NCBI GenBank assembly: GCA_002633005.1
Contig: NMRA01000069.1
Span: 812,694-849,760 of the forward strand
Reading direction: 5' to 3'
Origin: Phoronis australis
Lineage: Eukaryota > Animalia > Phoronida
DNA length: 37,067 bases
In this document: positions 22,301 through 34,300 of the stretch, in pieces
Numbering within the stretch: position 1 is the stretch's first letter
Layout: the number at the start of each line of letters is the position of its first letter
Translations under genes and position numbers: made by a program
The notes under the pieces: generated by a model
Databases searched by the model: none
What the model was told of the DNA's origin: nothing
What the model saw: the letters and a program-made list of their open reading frames with translations, nothing else

Positions 22301-25300
22301 GGTCCATCAATGTGCTCCTATTTGAATTACACGGTGAATCAGCTATACCCATGTTGCCCATATCACAAGATGTGTCAAATGAGGTTGCATTTAAGTGCAG
22401 CTTCAAAGTTTTAAAAATTTGTCAATTTCAGTTTGATTTGACCTTGTCGTTCCTGGCACTGGTCCAATACTGGGGTTCTTGATTTTAAGAACCAAGCAAT
22501 CATTGAATAACAAGCTCATTAATGGGTACATGAAACTGATTCTCCAAGTCAGGGACTGCTATGTTTGCCTTGGGCTTTCGTTCCCGACATGTGGAAACCA
22601 ATATAGAAATTCCACCTTTTAGCAAGATCAATTTCTTTGCTATACCACACACAAAGCTCTAACAATCCACGATTCAAGATTTGCATTAATTTTAAGAACT
22701 TTCTACCACACCTTGTATTTTAAACGCATTGCACTACATAAAACAGTGCCACTCAAAAAAATCAAAGTTACATCAATTGCATAATCACCATCTGATGTCA
22801 TACAACTAGCAAGAAAAGCATATCAATTTCCGCTATTGGATATTGGCTGAACCAGTGACGAGCACACGTGACTCGAGTTTGTGCGCATGTTATGGAAACA
22901 AATGCGACCCAAACGTCGGTCATGTGCACTTGATCAAGAAAAACAGACGTTGTACAGTTCATGTCTTTCTCTAATTACAATAATGCGTCCACATATAAAT
23001 ATGTAGGCGCATAAAAAGCTAAAATTCACGGGTTTTTGTAGTCAGAATTAAAAGCCAAGAACTATTATTAATAGAAGGCCAGGGATCTTAATTCAAGGTT
23101 TTTTCAACCATAGAATTTTTTCAAGACCAGCACAATGATTCTTCGTGGAGTTTACTGCCATTTATTCACCATGCTAACCTGAATCTTGAGACTGAATTCT
23201 CAATTGCAGACGGCGACAAACTCACCTGGCAAAAGACATCGCCTGTGTTAGACATTCGGCGTAGGCCTCTTGCCTCTTCTTGTCACCTTCGTTCAACATT
23301 TTTTGAAAGAGTCCTTCAAATTTCGTGACGATAGGTGCCAGCAGGTTTTTCATCAGCTGTTCCTTTTTCTGCAGTATAGATGTCAACATAAACAAAAATA
23401 AATAAGACACCATGAAAAAATGACGACAAAAAACAACCTGAACTTTGAACCCATTTGTTGAAATAACCACATAGTATGTAGGAACTGACCAGATAATTGT
23501 AAGATGTAAGACAAAACTCAGAACACTTTGAAGGTAGAAAACTGTTCACCTTATTGTGGACGCATCTTGGTATAACGGGTATAAGTTTAGGAGAGCGCCC
23601 CCATGTGATTACCGCAAAAATAGTTTCATTGATGCACTGTAATTGCTTACCTCGGGTCAACAGGCACATTAAAATTGGAAGCGAAAAACGACACAGCATA
23701 ACGTAGCCCATAGGTCCTCCAAATTGGCCCATAGACTTGGGGCCTAATGAGTCCACTCACGCATACCAACGCTTTTATAAAATACATAGGATTAGGGTTC
23801 CAGACATCTACCAAAAGCAAAATGCATTTTCAGGCATGGAACTGTTTGAAAGGTCTGTTGACACCCGGATGACTGCGGAGATGGCTTGCTTCTGGGCCAA
23901 TGACTGGTTGCTCCTTGCCCTCGTTCACATGCCACATTGTTGCCACCCTTTCAAAAACATGTGTCAAATGATTTAGAACTATCAAACCATCGTTTCCCTA
24001 GAGCTGAAAAGTGAACCTCTCTCCGTCAACAAAAGGTCACGTACCTCAACAGGAAACTGGCTATGTACAATGAGCATGCTGGCCGTCTCGTAGAGAAACA
24101 ATTGCTCGTCCGCAGTTAGCAAGTGGTGGTAGCCGTTGTCCGGTGTGTTTAAGGTCAAGAGGTCATCTAGTTGCTTTAACATGACCTCTACATACGACTG
24201 CATCTGATTTCTGTAAGATGTAATAACAATGTTGACACTAGCCTCAGAAATCTACAGGGAGTGAAGAACATAACAAAAGGCGGACGTTCAATGGAACAAA
24301 ATCCTCCGACGTCCAACAAGGGAGGCACTTACACCAGAGAATGTCGAAGCCAGACTCGCAAACTAAATGAAACAGGCTGGAGTGAGTGACAAGGGACGAA
24401 AAAGCATTTGGCGTTCTTACTCAGATCACAAGTGTTTACAACATCCATTCGGCTCCTACTCAGATTCATTCAGTCAGCGTGATATTAAACTTCCCACAAG
24501 AAGCAGGTCTTAGAATGACCCATGATAAACAAGAGGAAAAATTTCCAGGCCCTGAAGAAGAATGAGCTCAAGAATGTAATAAAAAATAAGTGTCTTCAGA
24601 TTTAATAAGTGTCTTCAGACTTAATCCGGAACTCAACGTATTGGGACCGAACTTAAGAACAGCGCACATCAGATGCATATCAGGCACCAATCACATTTCT
24701 AACTTCATATGTAATTATGGTATGAATCATTTTTACATTCTACGAAAGACATGAAGAACCAAATATTATGCTTTCATATTTCTGAAGTGCTATACCACAA
24801 TCCAGCAGAAAAGTTGAGATTTTCAGACATTAACAACAACAGTAGAAGCTTTTCAGACACAAAAAAACCTGGTTCTGGCAAATATTTTTTATCCGAATTC
24901 AGGGGGTGACATCGCCATACAATAATTAATGGAACTTACTTGTTAGCCGCCTTCACAAAGCGCGATAATAGGTAGGTTACTCGGCTCCTCACTTGGGGCG
25001 ATCGGTTGTGCAGGCCCCTCTCGTCCAGGAATGCACCCTTTGATTGAAAATGGACAATATCAGGATCTTATAATACACTTTGATGATCAAGTGCCAGCTA
25101 AAAGAGTTTTTGAGCTATAGTCACACAACCTCAGTGTATAAATAGACCAATGTAAATGTGGGCTGGATTCCATAGATGCAAGAATCTCCCGAAAACGCAA
25201 AACCACGCAAGTCTCTGCAAGATCTCGCCACGCTCTCCACGCAAAGAACGACATTACACTCTAGCTTGTCTCACGAGTGTCCTTAGTCCATGGAGCTCAG

Positions 25301-28300
25301 CCCTGCTACAGAACTCCATCCTAAGCAGTCTTTGATACAGACCACTTCCTATTAGTAATGAATTGGTCTCGAAATTTTCATCACTCGGATCAAAGTGTGA
25401 GCTTGAGAAGATTTCGTTATTGCTCAAGACTAGGCGCAATACGTTGGCTCCACAAGCCAGGTTACTGTACACAACAAACAGTCTCGAGCAATAATGGAGA
25501 GTCAAGTCTTGCAAAACCAACTAAGGCACAGTTTTATGCAGGAAACAGTCTCGGCAAAGTGTAAGCTTTCCAGCAAAACGCGGGTACACAGTAACCCGGA
25601 AAGTAATTCAAGCTCTAAAGTAGAGTTCACAATAAGGTTTCCACGACGACATGTACGTGTAAAGTTTTCCTATAAGACGAACAAGCTCTTAAAAGAGGAA
25701 AATAATTCCAAGCCCCAAGTTTCTTCAGACAACCTTAATTGTACATGCTCTACCAAAACTGGATCAACAGAGGTCACCAGGGGTATGTTTCATGCAAATT
25801 GACAAACTGATAACTCCCCCTGTTGAGTGATTAGACTTGATCACACTTCATGGCTAACAATAACGTTGAAAACGCTTATTACCAGGATTTCTCCCAAATG
25901 CTGAGGCTCCACCTGGAAGAACTTCTCGTAGCGCACGGCCGTTTCGAAATACTGCAGGAGCACCGCCTGGTGGGAGTGACAGCTAACGCCACTAGTGACC
26001 ATCTGCAATGTGAAGAGAAGTCCGATCATTGCGTTGATGGCAAAATTCTGAGAAAATGACATCGGATGCATTCAGAAACATTGAATGGAGATGTGCACTC
26101 TAAGACTTTTCAAGATGGAATTAAACCGAACTACATTAAAGACCCACTAAGTAAAGTCGAAATCGCAAACTTCGAACTGAAACGAATCAATTTAACGGCA
26201 GTTCATAATGACCTAAAATTAATCAATGTTCTCAATTCGAGCAATGATTTTATCACATGTAATTAGGATGATGAACTAAGCAAACTGTTATTAAAAAAAA
26301 CAAACAATTCCACACCAAAACACGAACCAGAACAATGGTTTTCAAAGGTGGCACTACATAACATTTAATATATTAAGTTATTTACTTCCCGACACACTCA
26401 TTGGTGTCCATTTCTTGAGACACCGCTACTGAGTAAAGGCTAAAGGAAATTGTTATAAAAAAACATCTTCTGGTTGTGTCATTCCTGATATACTCACCTT
26501 CCCCATCATATCCTGTAAGGCGGATGTCTTTGATTTGTCACCGGAAAAATGTTGTCCATGGGATGCCTGCAAATAAAGCCTAATTTCACAGCGAATTGAC
26601 TTAACTTCGAGAAAGGGAGAGAGTGAGGTTTACTGAGTGATACTGCATATTACTTAAAGATATTGAGAACTGTTTACATGCTGTTCAGTGAAAGCAAGCC
26701 GCAATATGTCAAAAGATACCAATTAATAACACATTACGTTGCGGCTGAATTAAGCAACACTGAGTCTCTCATACATAAGATGACCAAAGTCAACTTAATG
26801 AGCCCAACACTAAATTTCCCTCATTCAAGCGGCTAATGGCGACGTTCTCGTGTAGAGTTGGATGATGGACAGAATTCCTCTCCTCCTTAAAGAGTGTAGT
26901 TTGAAGTCACAGTTTTGGAACTCCTCAACAAGTAATCTTTGTCATGGCTACCCTTAAATACAGATTTCTCAGAGTAGAAGTAGCAGGACTTGTGTACCTA
27001 TTTTAAACACTTTTCCACGTTTTTGCTTACATACAATTCCTTTAGAATCTCTGCACAAGCTTATGGGATGTAATAAAACACATTTCCGTAATTGTTCCTA
27101 ATGATGTTGTTTAGCAGGAAATTGACTAACAAGCTTATCATCGATAAGTGATCTTCAAAATGAACTTGACACCATTAAAACTTATCATATATTCAATGCA
27201 AAAATACGACCACGAATTTATTTCTTTTTGACTGTAACACGTTTCAATTCAGCCAAATTCACAACAAAATCACGACAGGCACGGCTACACCGACTTCATC
27301 AAAATTGCAACACTTTGCTTTCAACACCCTCGCCAAATAAATGCTTAGTGACACTGTCACACAAAACTTGACAAAAGTATGACACAAATGCCATTTCACT
27401 GCGACAAGTGTATGAATACACTGCATGCCTAGTTTACTTTGAGAACTACCACAAGTAATCATGACCTCCAGGGTGTACTTACAGGTAGAGCCTCTCCTAT
27501 CATGTAAAGCAGCGTAATTGCCAACTCGACACTGTTGAACTCCTGCTGCCGCCAGTTGGCAAGAGTTGACGTTACGATCTCACTAACAGTTGAAATGATC
27601 AGTTCAGCGTCCTGGAAATGGCAACAACAACTAGGAGTACGTAAACGGATGTTTGTGGCTACTTTAGAACCAGAAAATGAACAAAAGTACCATTACTGTA
27701 TGACCTTGTAACAAGCGTTAAGATAATTCTCCATTATACTGGCTAAGAAAAATAATTCAGGCAATCCAAATTTATTTACAGCCTTGGATTTGAACCAAGC
27801 GAAAATACAGCATCAGGTTACCGGCGATGGAAGCATAGCCAAAATGCAAGCTTTGGATTTCAAATATAACCTGGTCCACACGATCACGTAAATGCGCATG
27901 CGGAGTGGTTTCCAGCAAAACGTGGACAAGCAGTATTCCCCAGAAGCGGGGAGGTCGTCAAGTCACGAATCTGACTTACCAGGGCAGCCAAGTTTGACAG
28001 AATGACCTTCAGTTGTTTCCTGTACTCTTGAAACATGGCTTCTTCCTCGCCCTGAAAAAACAACAGAAGGAGAAAGATCAAAGAAAGCAGTTGTATTTAA
28101 TACTATCATACAACAAGTTTCAGTGTACCAAGGAACAGATGCCGAATACAGACATTCTCATCCTTGGCTACAAAGAGCCCAAATCCAACCCTTCAATCAG
28201 CAGTGAAACATCTGAGACAGGCTTAGAAAGACATTTATTTCCAAAACCGATTCAGTTTCAATTGGCAAATGGTCATTTCAGTGGGACAGACCAAGGGTAT

Positions 28301-31300
28301 ATCCATGGGGGTGGAGTGTGGCCTGTCGGGCAGAATTTATTGAGGGTGAGACAACTGGTGGTTAACAGACGGAGTGGAGTAGCGACAAGAGTAATGGCGA
28401 GTCGCAAGACACTTACACAAAAACACTATTACACAGTAGAGCTACATTATTAAGCATTTTACGTTAATAGAAATTTTCAAAATGTCAACTTTAAACGATG
28501 AGACACAGTGTATGATACTTTCAAACCAAACCACAATCTCATGAATTGAAAATGTTGTGCAATGACTCTATTAATAAGTTTTGGCAAAAACACAATGAAA
28601 GTAAAACTCACCTCCTGCTCAAAATTATACGATTCTCCATCGTACTTCATCTTCATCATCAGGATACACAGCATTTTCTAAAAGTTGACACAAATCCAAA
28701 TAATGGCTTGAAATACAACTGAATTTGTAATTGATGCTTTAATAGGAATTAGCGGCTACCAAAAGTCTATTTCGTAATTTCAATCAAGTTAAACAGTGAA
28801 GCATAATTTATTTCAAAATATAAACCATAAAATTCTTAAAAATTTGAAAACTAGTCTTACAAAAGATGGAGAATCTAATTTTTAGACCAAATAATTCTGT
28901 CAATTAATGAGATCACCGAATTGACAAACCACAAATTTGTATGCTTCAGCCACTTACAGCANTGGCACCAGCCAAGATAAAACTTGCGTAAACTTTCAAA
29001 TATCTCGGAAACAAACAACCACAGCCATATGGTGTAAATCAGAAAAGTGTACAGGAAACTATGAACTGTGGAATGCGCATGCTCACATATATAAACAGCA
29101 TACGGGGCTTTCACAATTTCTGAATGAAAAACACCAGTGTCCTGGGGTGAGTACACTCTCCTTGCGCAGCCTAGCCGTAGCTTATTTTAGGCGATTGAGT
29201 ACACCCAACGCATTTTAATAGGATAATAGGCTTGTCGGCTGACCTCGCCTAGCGCAGGATAAGGGTTAAGGAGTGTAGTTTGAAGTCACAGTTTTGGAAC
29301 TCCTCAACAAGTAATCTTTGTACGTGGGTACCCTTAAATACAGATTTCTCAGAGTAGAAGTAGCAGGACTTGTGTACCTATTTTAAACACTTTTTCACGT
29401 TTTTGCTTACATACAATTCCTTTAGAGTCTCTGCACAAGCTTATGGGATGTAATAAAACACATTTCCGTAATTGTTCCCAATGATGTTGTTTAGCAGGAA
29501 ATTGACTAACAAGCTTATCATCGATAAGTGATCTTCAAAATGAACTTGACACCATTAAAACTTATCATATATTCAATGCAAAAATACGACCACGAATTTA
29601 TTTCTTTTTGACTGTAACACGTTTCAATTCAGCCAAATTCTCAACAAAATCACGACAGGCACGGCTACACCGACTTCATCAAAATTGCAACACTTTGCTT
29701 TCAACACCCTCACCAAATAAATGCTTAGTGACACTGTCACACAAAACTTGACAAAAGTATGACACAAATGCCATTTCACTGCGACAAGTGTATGAATACA
29801 CTGCATGTCTAGTTTACTTTGAGAACTACCACAAGTATTCATGACCCCCAGGGTGTACTTACGGGTAGAGCCTCTCCTATCATGTAAAGCAGCGTAATTG
29901 CCAACTCGACACTGTTGAACTCCTGCTGCCGCCAGTTGGCAAGAGTTGACGTTACGATCTCACTAACCGTTGAAATGATCAGTTCAGCGTCCTGGAAATG
30001 GCAACAACAACTTGGAGTATGTAAACGGATGTTTGTGGCTACTTTAGAACCAGAAAATGAACAAAAGTACCATTACTAAATGACCTTGTATCAAGCGTTA
30101 AGATAATTCTCCATTATACTGACCCTTGGATTTGAACCAAGCGAAAATACAGCATCAGGTTACCGGCAATGGAAGCATAGCCAAAATGCAAGCTTTGGAT
30201 TTCAAATATAAGCTGGTCCACACGATCACGTAAATGCGCATGCACAGTGGTTTCCAGCAAAACGTGAGACAAGCAGTATTCCCCAGAGGCAGGGAGGTCG
30301 TCAAGTCACGAATTTGACTTACCAGGGCAGCCAAGTTTGACAGAATGACCTTCAGTTGTTTCCTGTACTCTTGAAACATGGCTTCTTCCTCGCCCTGAAA
30401 AAACAACGGAAGGAGAAAAATCAAAGAAAGCAGATGTATTTCATACTATCATATTACAAGTTTCAGTTTACGAAGAAGACAGATCAAAGAAAGCAGTTGT
30501 ATTTAATACTATCATACAACAAGCTTCAGTGTACGAAGGAACAGACGCCGAATACAGACATTCTCATCCTTGGCTACAAAGAGCCCAAATCCAACCCTTC
30601 AATCAGCAGTGAAACATCTGAGATAGGCTTAGAAAGACATTTATTTCCAAAACCGATTCAGTTTCAATTGGCAAATGGTCATTTCAGTGGGACAGACCAA
30701 GAATATATCCATGGGGGTGGAGTGTGGCCTGTCGGGCAGAATTTTTTGAGGGTGAGACAACTGGTGGTTAACAGACGGAGTGGAGTAGCGACAAGAGTAA
30801 TGGCGAGTCGCAAGACACTTACACAAAAACACTATTACCAGGGCTTGGAATGACCGATGACAAAAAACACGGAAACTTTTACGGCCCAAATCATGCGCGC
30901 TACCCAGCCTTGAAATGGTCGATGTGAACCTTTCCCCAACAAAAATCGGGAGGACTAAAAAAAAAAAGAAAAACGTTACCACCGTTACTCTAGCATGCGT
31001 CTGCGTCCTTTTAGCTCGTCCTTCCACTCCCAAGCCACACATTTTTGGCTGCAGTGCCGTAGTATTTGTCGCCGCGGTTTACAATAACACGAGATGCCAT
31101 TGAAAATCCCACCACGCTTACCCAGATGCCCCGGCAATGTTGACAGTTTACGTTCCTCCGAAACATAAAGAGCAAGTTCCGCTTTTCGAGGTGAACGTTG
31201 TCTGTAACGGCACGGTAAGAAAGGAATTTGCCGCGGAAATTTTATATCAAATCCGATTTTTTACGCGGAAATATAATAAAATGCGCAGACAGAACATTTG

Positions 31301-34300
31301 AAAAAAGCGGAAATCCACGTTTCCGCGGAAAATTCCAAGCCCTGTATTACACAGTAGAGCTACATTATTAAGCATTTTATGTTAAGAGAAATTTTCAAAA
31401 TGTCAACCAAAAACGATGAGACACAGTGTATGATACTTTTAAACCAAACCACAATCTCATGAATTGAAAATGTTGTGCAATGACTCTGCTACTAATAAGT
31501 TTTGGCAAAAACACAATGAAAGTAAAACTCACCTCCTGTTCAAAATTATACGATTCTCCATCGTACTTCATCTTCATCATTAGGATACACAGCATTTTCT
31601 AAAAGTTGACACAAATCCAAATAATGGCTTGAAATACAACTGACTTTGTAATTGATGCTTTAGGAATTAGCGGCTACCAAAAGTCTATTTCGTAATTTCA
31701 ATCAAGTTAAACAGTGAAGCATAATTTATTTCAAAATATAAACCATAAAATTCTTAAAAATTTGAAAACTAGTCTTACAAAAAGATGGAGAATCTAATTT
31801 TTAGACCAAATAATTCTGTCAATTAATGAGATCACCGAATTGACAAACCACAAATTTGTAGGCTTCAGCCACTTACAGCAGTCCCGAATTTTGAGAACCA
31901 AAAATTTGACACCAATTATTCAGTGGAGAAAACTGGTTCTCAAAATCCGGGACGCCTGTAATTGACTATAACCATGAAAGAAACTTTGTAAGCTGGTGGA
32001 AATCATTTACTGGGGGGAATGGAAATCCACATTTTTGGAAGTAATCATGTGTAAAAGCATAAAATGCATACAGGCTTTTGAAAACGTAGTCGATAATTAC
32101 ATTATGATCCCGTTTGAACTTTGAACTAACTGCTTCCTCAGTAGCACGTACCTTGACATTTTCTTTCTGCACATCTGTCAGAGGGTTCAGCTGCTTCAAC
32201 ACGTTAATATAGTCGTGAGTGAAGTCACTGACCGCTGCGGAGACATCGTCGTCTTCGTCAGCAAGGAAACGAAACAGCAAGCTTATTTTGTTTTCGATAG
32301 CCTGCAGCGTACCACTTGCATTAGCACCATCTGCGCATTTGATTAGTCTGAAAATAGCAATGGTCCTCGTGTATTTAAATATACAATAGTCACATTTTTG
32401 AAGTGACGTTTGACATAAGGTACTATACTAAGCCCAGTGCTAAAAGAAAAGCTAAACAACAGTTAAGCGGTGATTTTTGTTATTAATGAGAAACTTGACA
32501 GCACAAAGAAAATCTCCGGAGAAACACAAGCTTATAACTGATATGCAGTGAAGACCAGATATTTCAAACATCTGCAGAAAACATTGAAATGGAACATTTA
32601 GCAGTTTAGTTTTGAAGAACATTTAAAGATTTTCTAAAACCATCAGTTAACACTGCCTCTTATGTTTACAGTCATATTACATTAAGTGGAAATCAGTGAC
32701 TCCTTTTGAGACTAGATTCACTACGCAGCCACAAACTTGTTTTCAAACGGCATAAAGATGATGATTTTGACTTGATGCAATCATCCAGTTACGAGGCTTA
32801 GGGCGACATCATCTGAGAATTGCAGGCCAAAATCAAAACATAATAAATGTCCGTTATTATGAAATAGCTAAAATTTGCAGATTGGTTGGATGATGATTAA
32901 CAAACAATTTGTAAACATTGGCTCTCAACTTCCATCAATCACTCCTCTTGCACAGGACCATGCCGCCAGTGGTCGCCATTATGTCAAATGCCACTAAAAC
33001 TCCACCTACTTGGACCAGCACTGCATCAGGTTCATGCCAAAAGCATTAAGAAGCTGTGCCAACTTCACCAGATAATCGCCTTCATCGCTGTCGCCGTCAC
33101 CAATCTGCGGGAAAAAATGTAAGCTTACCAGACAATGTACTTGCTTGGAAGTAGACCTGGGTACTCAGCAATGAATTTGCATTCAGCCAGCAATCATGAT
33201 GGGCAATTCCAGGTCGTTTTTTCTGAGTATTTTTGGCTTGTACTGTACTTTAGGTTGTTGTTCTAATTGTTGATTATTATAATATTCTGTGGACATTTTG
33301 AAAATTTCATCAGAACTATAAGGTTCAAACAACTTACTGCCTGGATATAGAGCTTTAAGAAATCACATCAAGAGCCACATTTCACACTACCCTGAGCGCT
33401 TGCAAAAATTAAAGACCCACATTTTGTGTTAACAGCCATCTCAAATCACTTAGGAGCCACATGGCACATCAACTCACCTGTAACACACCTGAGCTCTCGA
33501 GTACCTGTGAGAACGACTCGATCAGCTTCAGTTTAGCCACCGGCTCCATGCCTTTGTTGACGATTTCGACGATACAGTCGCACGTGCTCTCCCGGAGCAG
33601 AGGTGCTCGTAGAAACCGCAGGAGGACGCCGACAAATCGGTCGTTGGCGATGAGGTTGATGTCAATCCATGACACGTAGTTGCCGATAACGTCTAGACAC
33701 AGGCAGGCAACTTCGGGATTAGATGTCTCGTAGGTCGTCTGAAAAAAAGAGCATGATCACACTATTATATGTGCGAGTACATGATCACATATTCCTTTTC
33801 GAGCAATTTGATTGAAGGACAACTTTAAGGAAGTAAGGACTTTCAGTACCAGTTCAGTAAATCTATTCAGAGACTTAACACACAGACTCACCACAGCATG
33901 GACTTTTGAACACGAATCCTGCAATTTCCGTTGAGTTATGACTTGTAGAGACAGAGAGCTGTATTAGCCCAAGAAGATTTGAGGGTCTCTGGATTTACAC
34001 TTCATGATGAGATAGAAACAAATATTTTGGTATACTAAATAATCATGGCGTTTTCCGTTTCAACAGATTAAAACTCAACAGGAATTACAGAAGTCGTGTT
34101 CTAAAGTCCATGCTGTGGGAAGTTTGTGTGCCAAGTCTCAGAATAGATGTACAGAACCGGAACCATAAGTTCTAAATTTCTTAATGTGCTTAAGAAGTGA
34201 TCTCTCGCAGAGCAAGTTCCACATAATTTCATTTAAACTCCATCATCACAAAATAACTTCAAGTGCTAGCCAGTTAGTCATTACGACCAATTACTAACAA

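Larger units (their letters stand above)
26887..31880. repeat. Near-identical tandem duplication (copy A 26887-28961, copy B 29266-31880) containing three XPOT exons; probable haplotig artefact
   Basis: The copies align end to end, with a single N at 28962. They differ by SNPs, a 506-bp MITE, a 63-bp duplication and a ~38-bp indel. Confidence 0.93.

Noticed and set aside
25150-25560. Short recurring gtctc/gcaag motifs suggesting a transposon
   Set aside because: Could not define termini or a TSD by eye.
28013-30853. Two similar plus-strand ORFs (146 and 165 aa) suggesting a novel gene pair
   Set aside because: They are similar only because they lie in the duplicated segment. They start at non-ATG codons, overlap an XPOT exon antisense, and have no recognisable domain.
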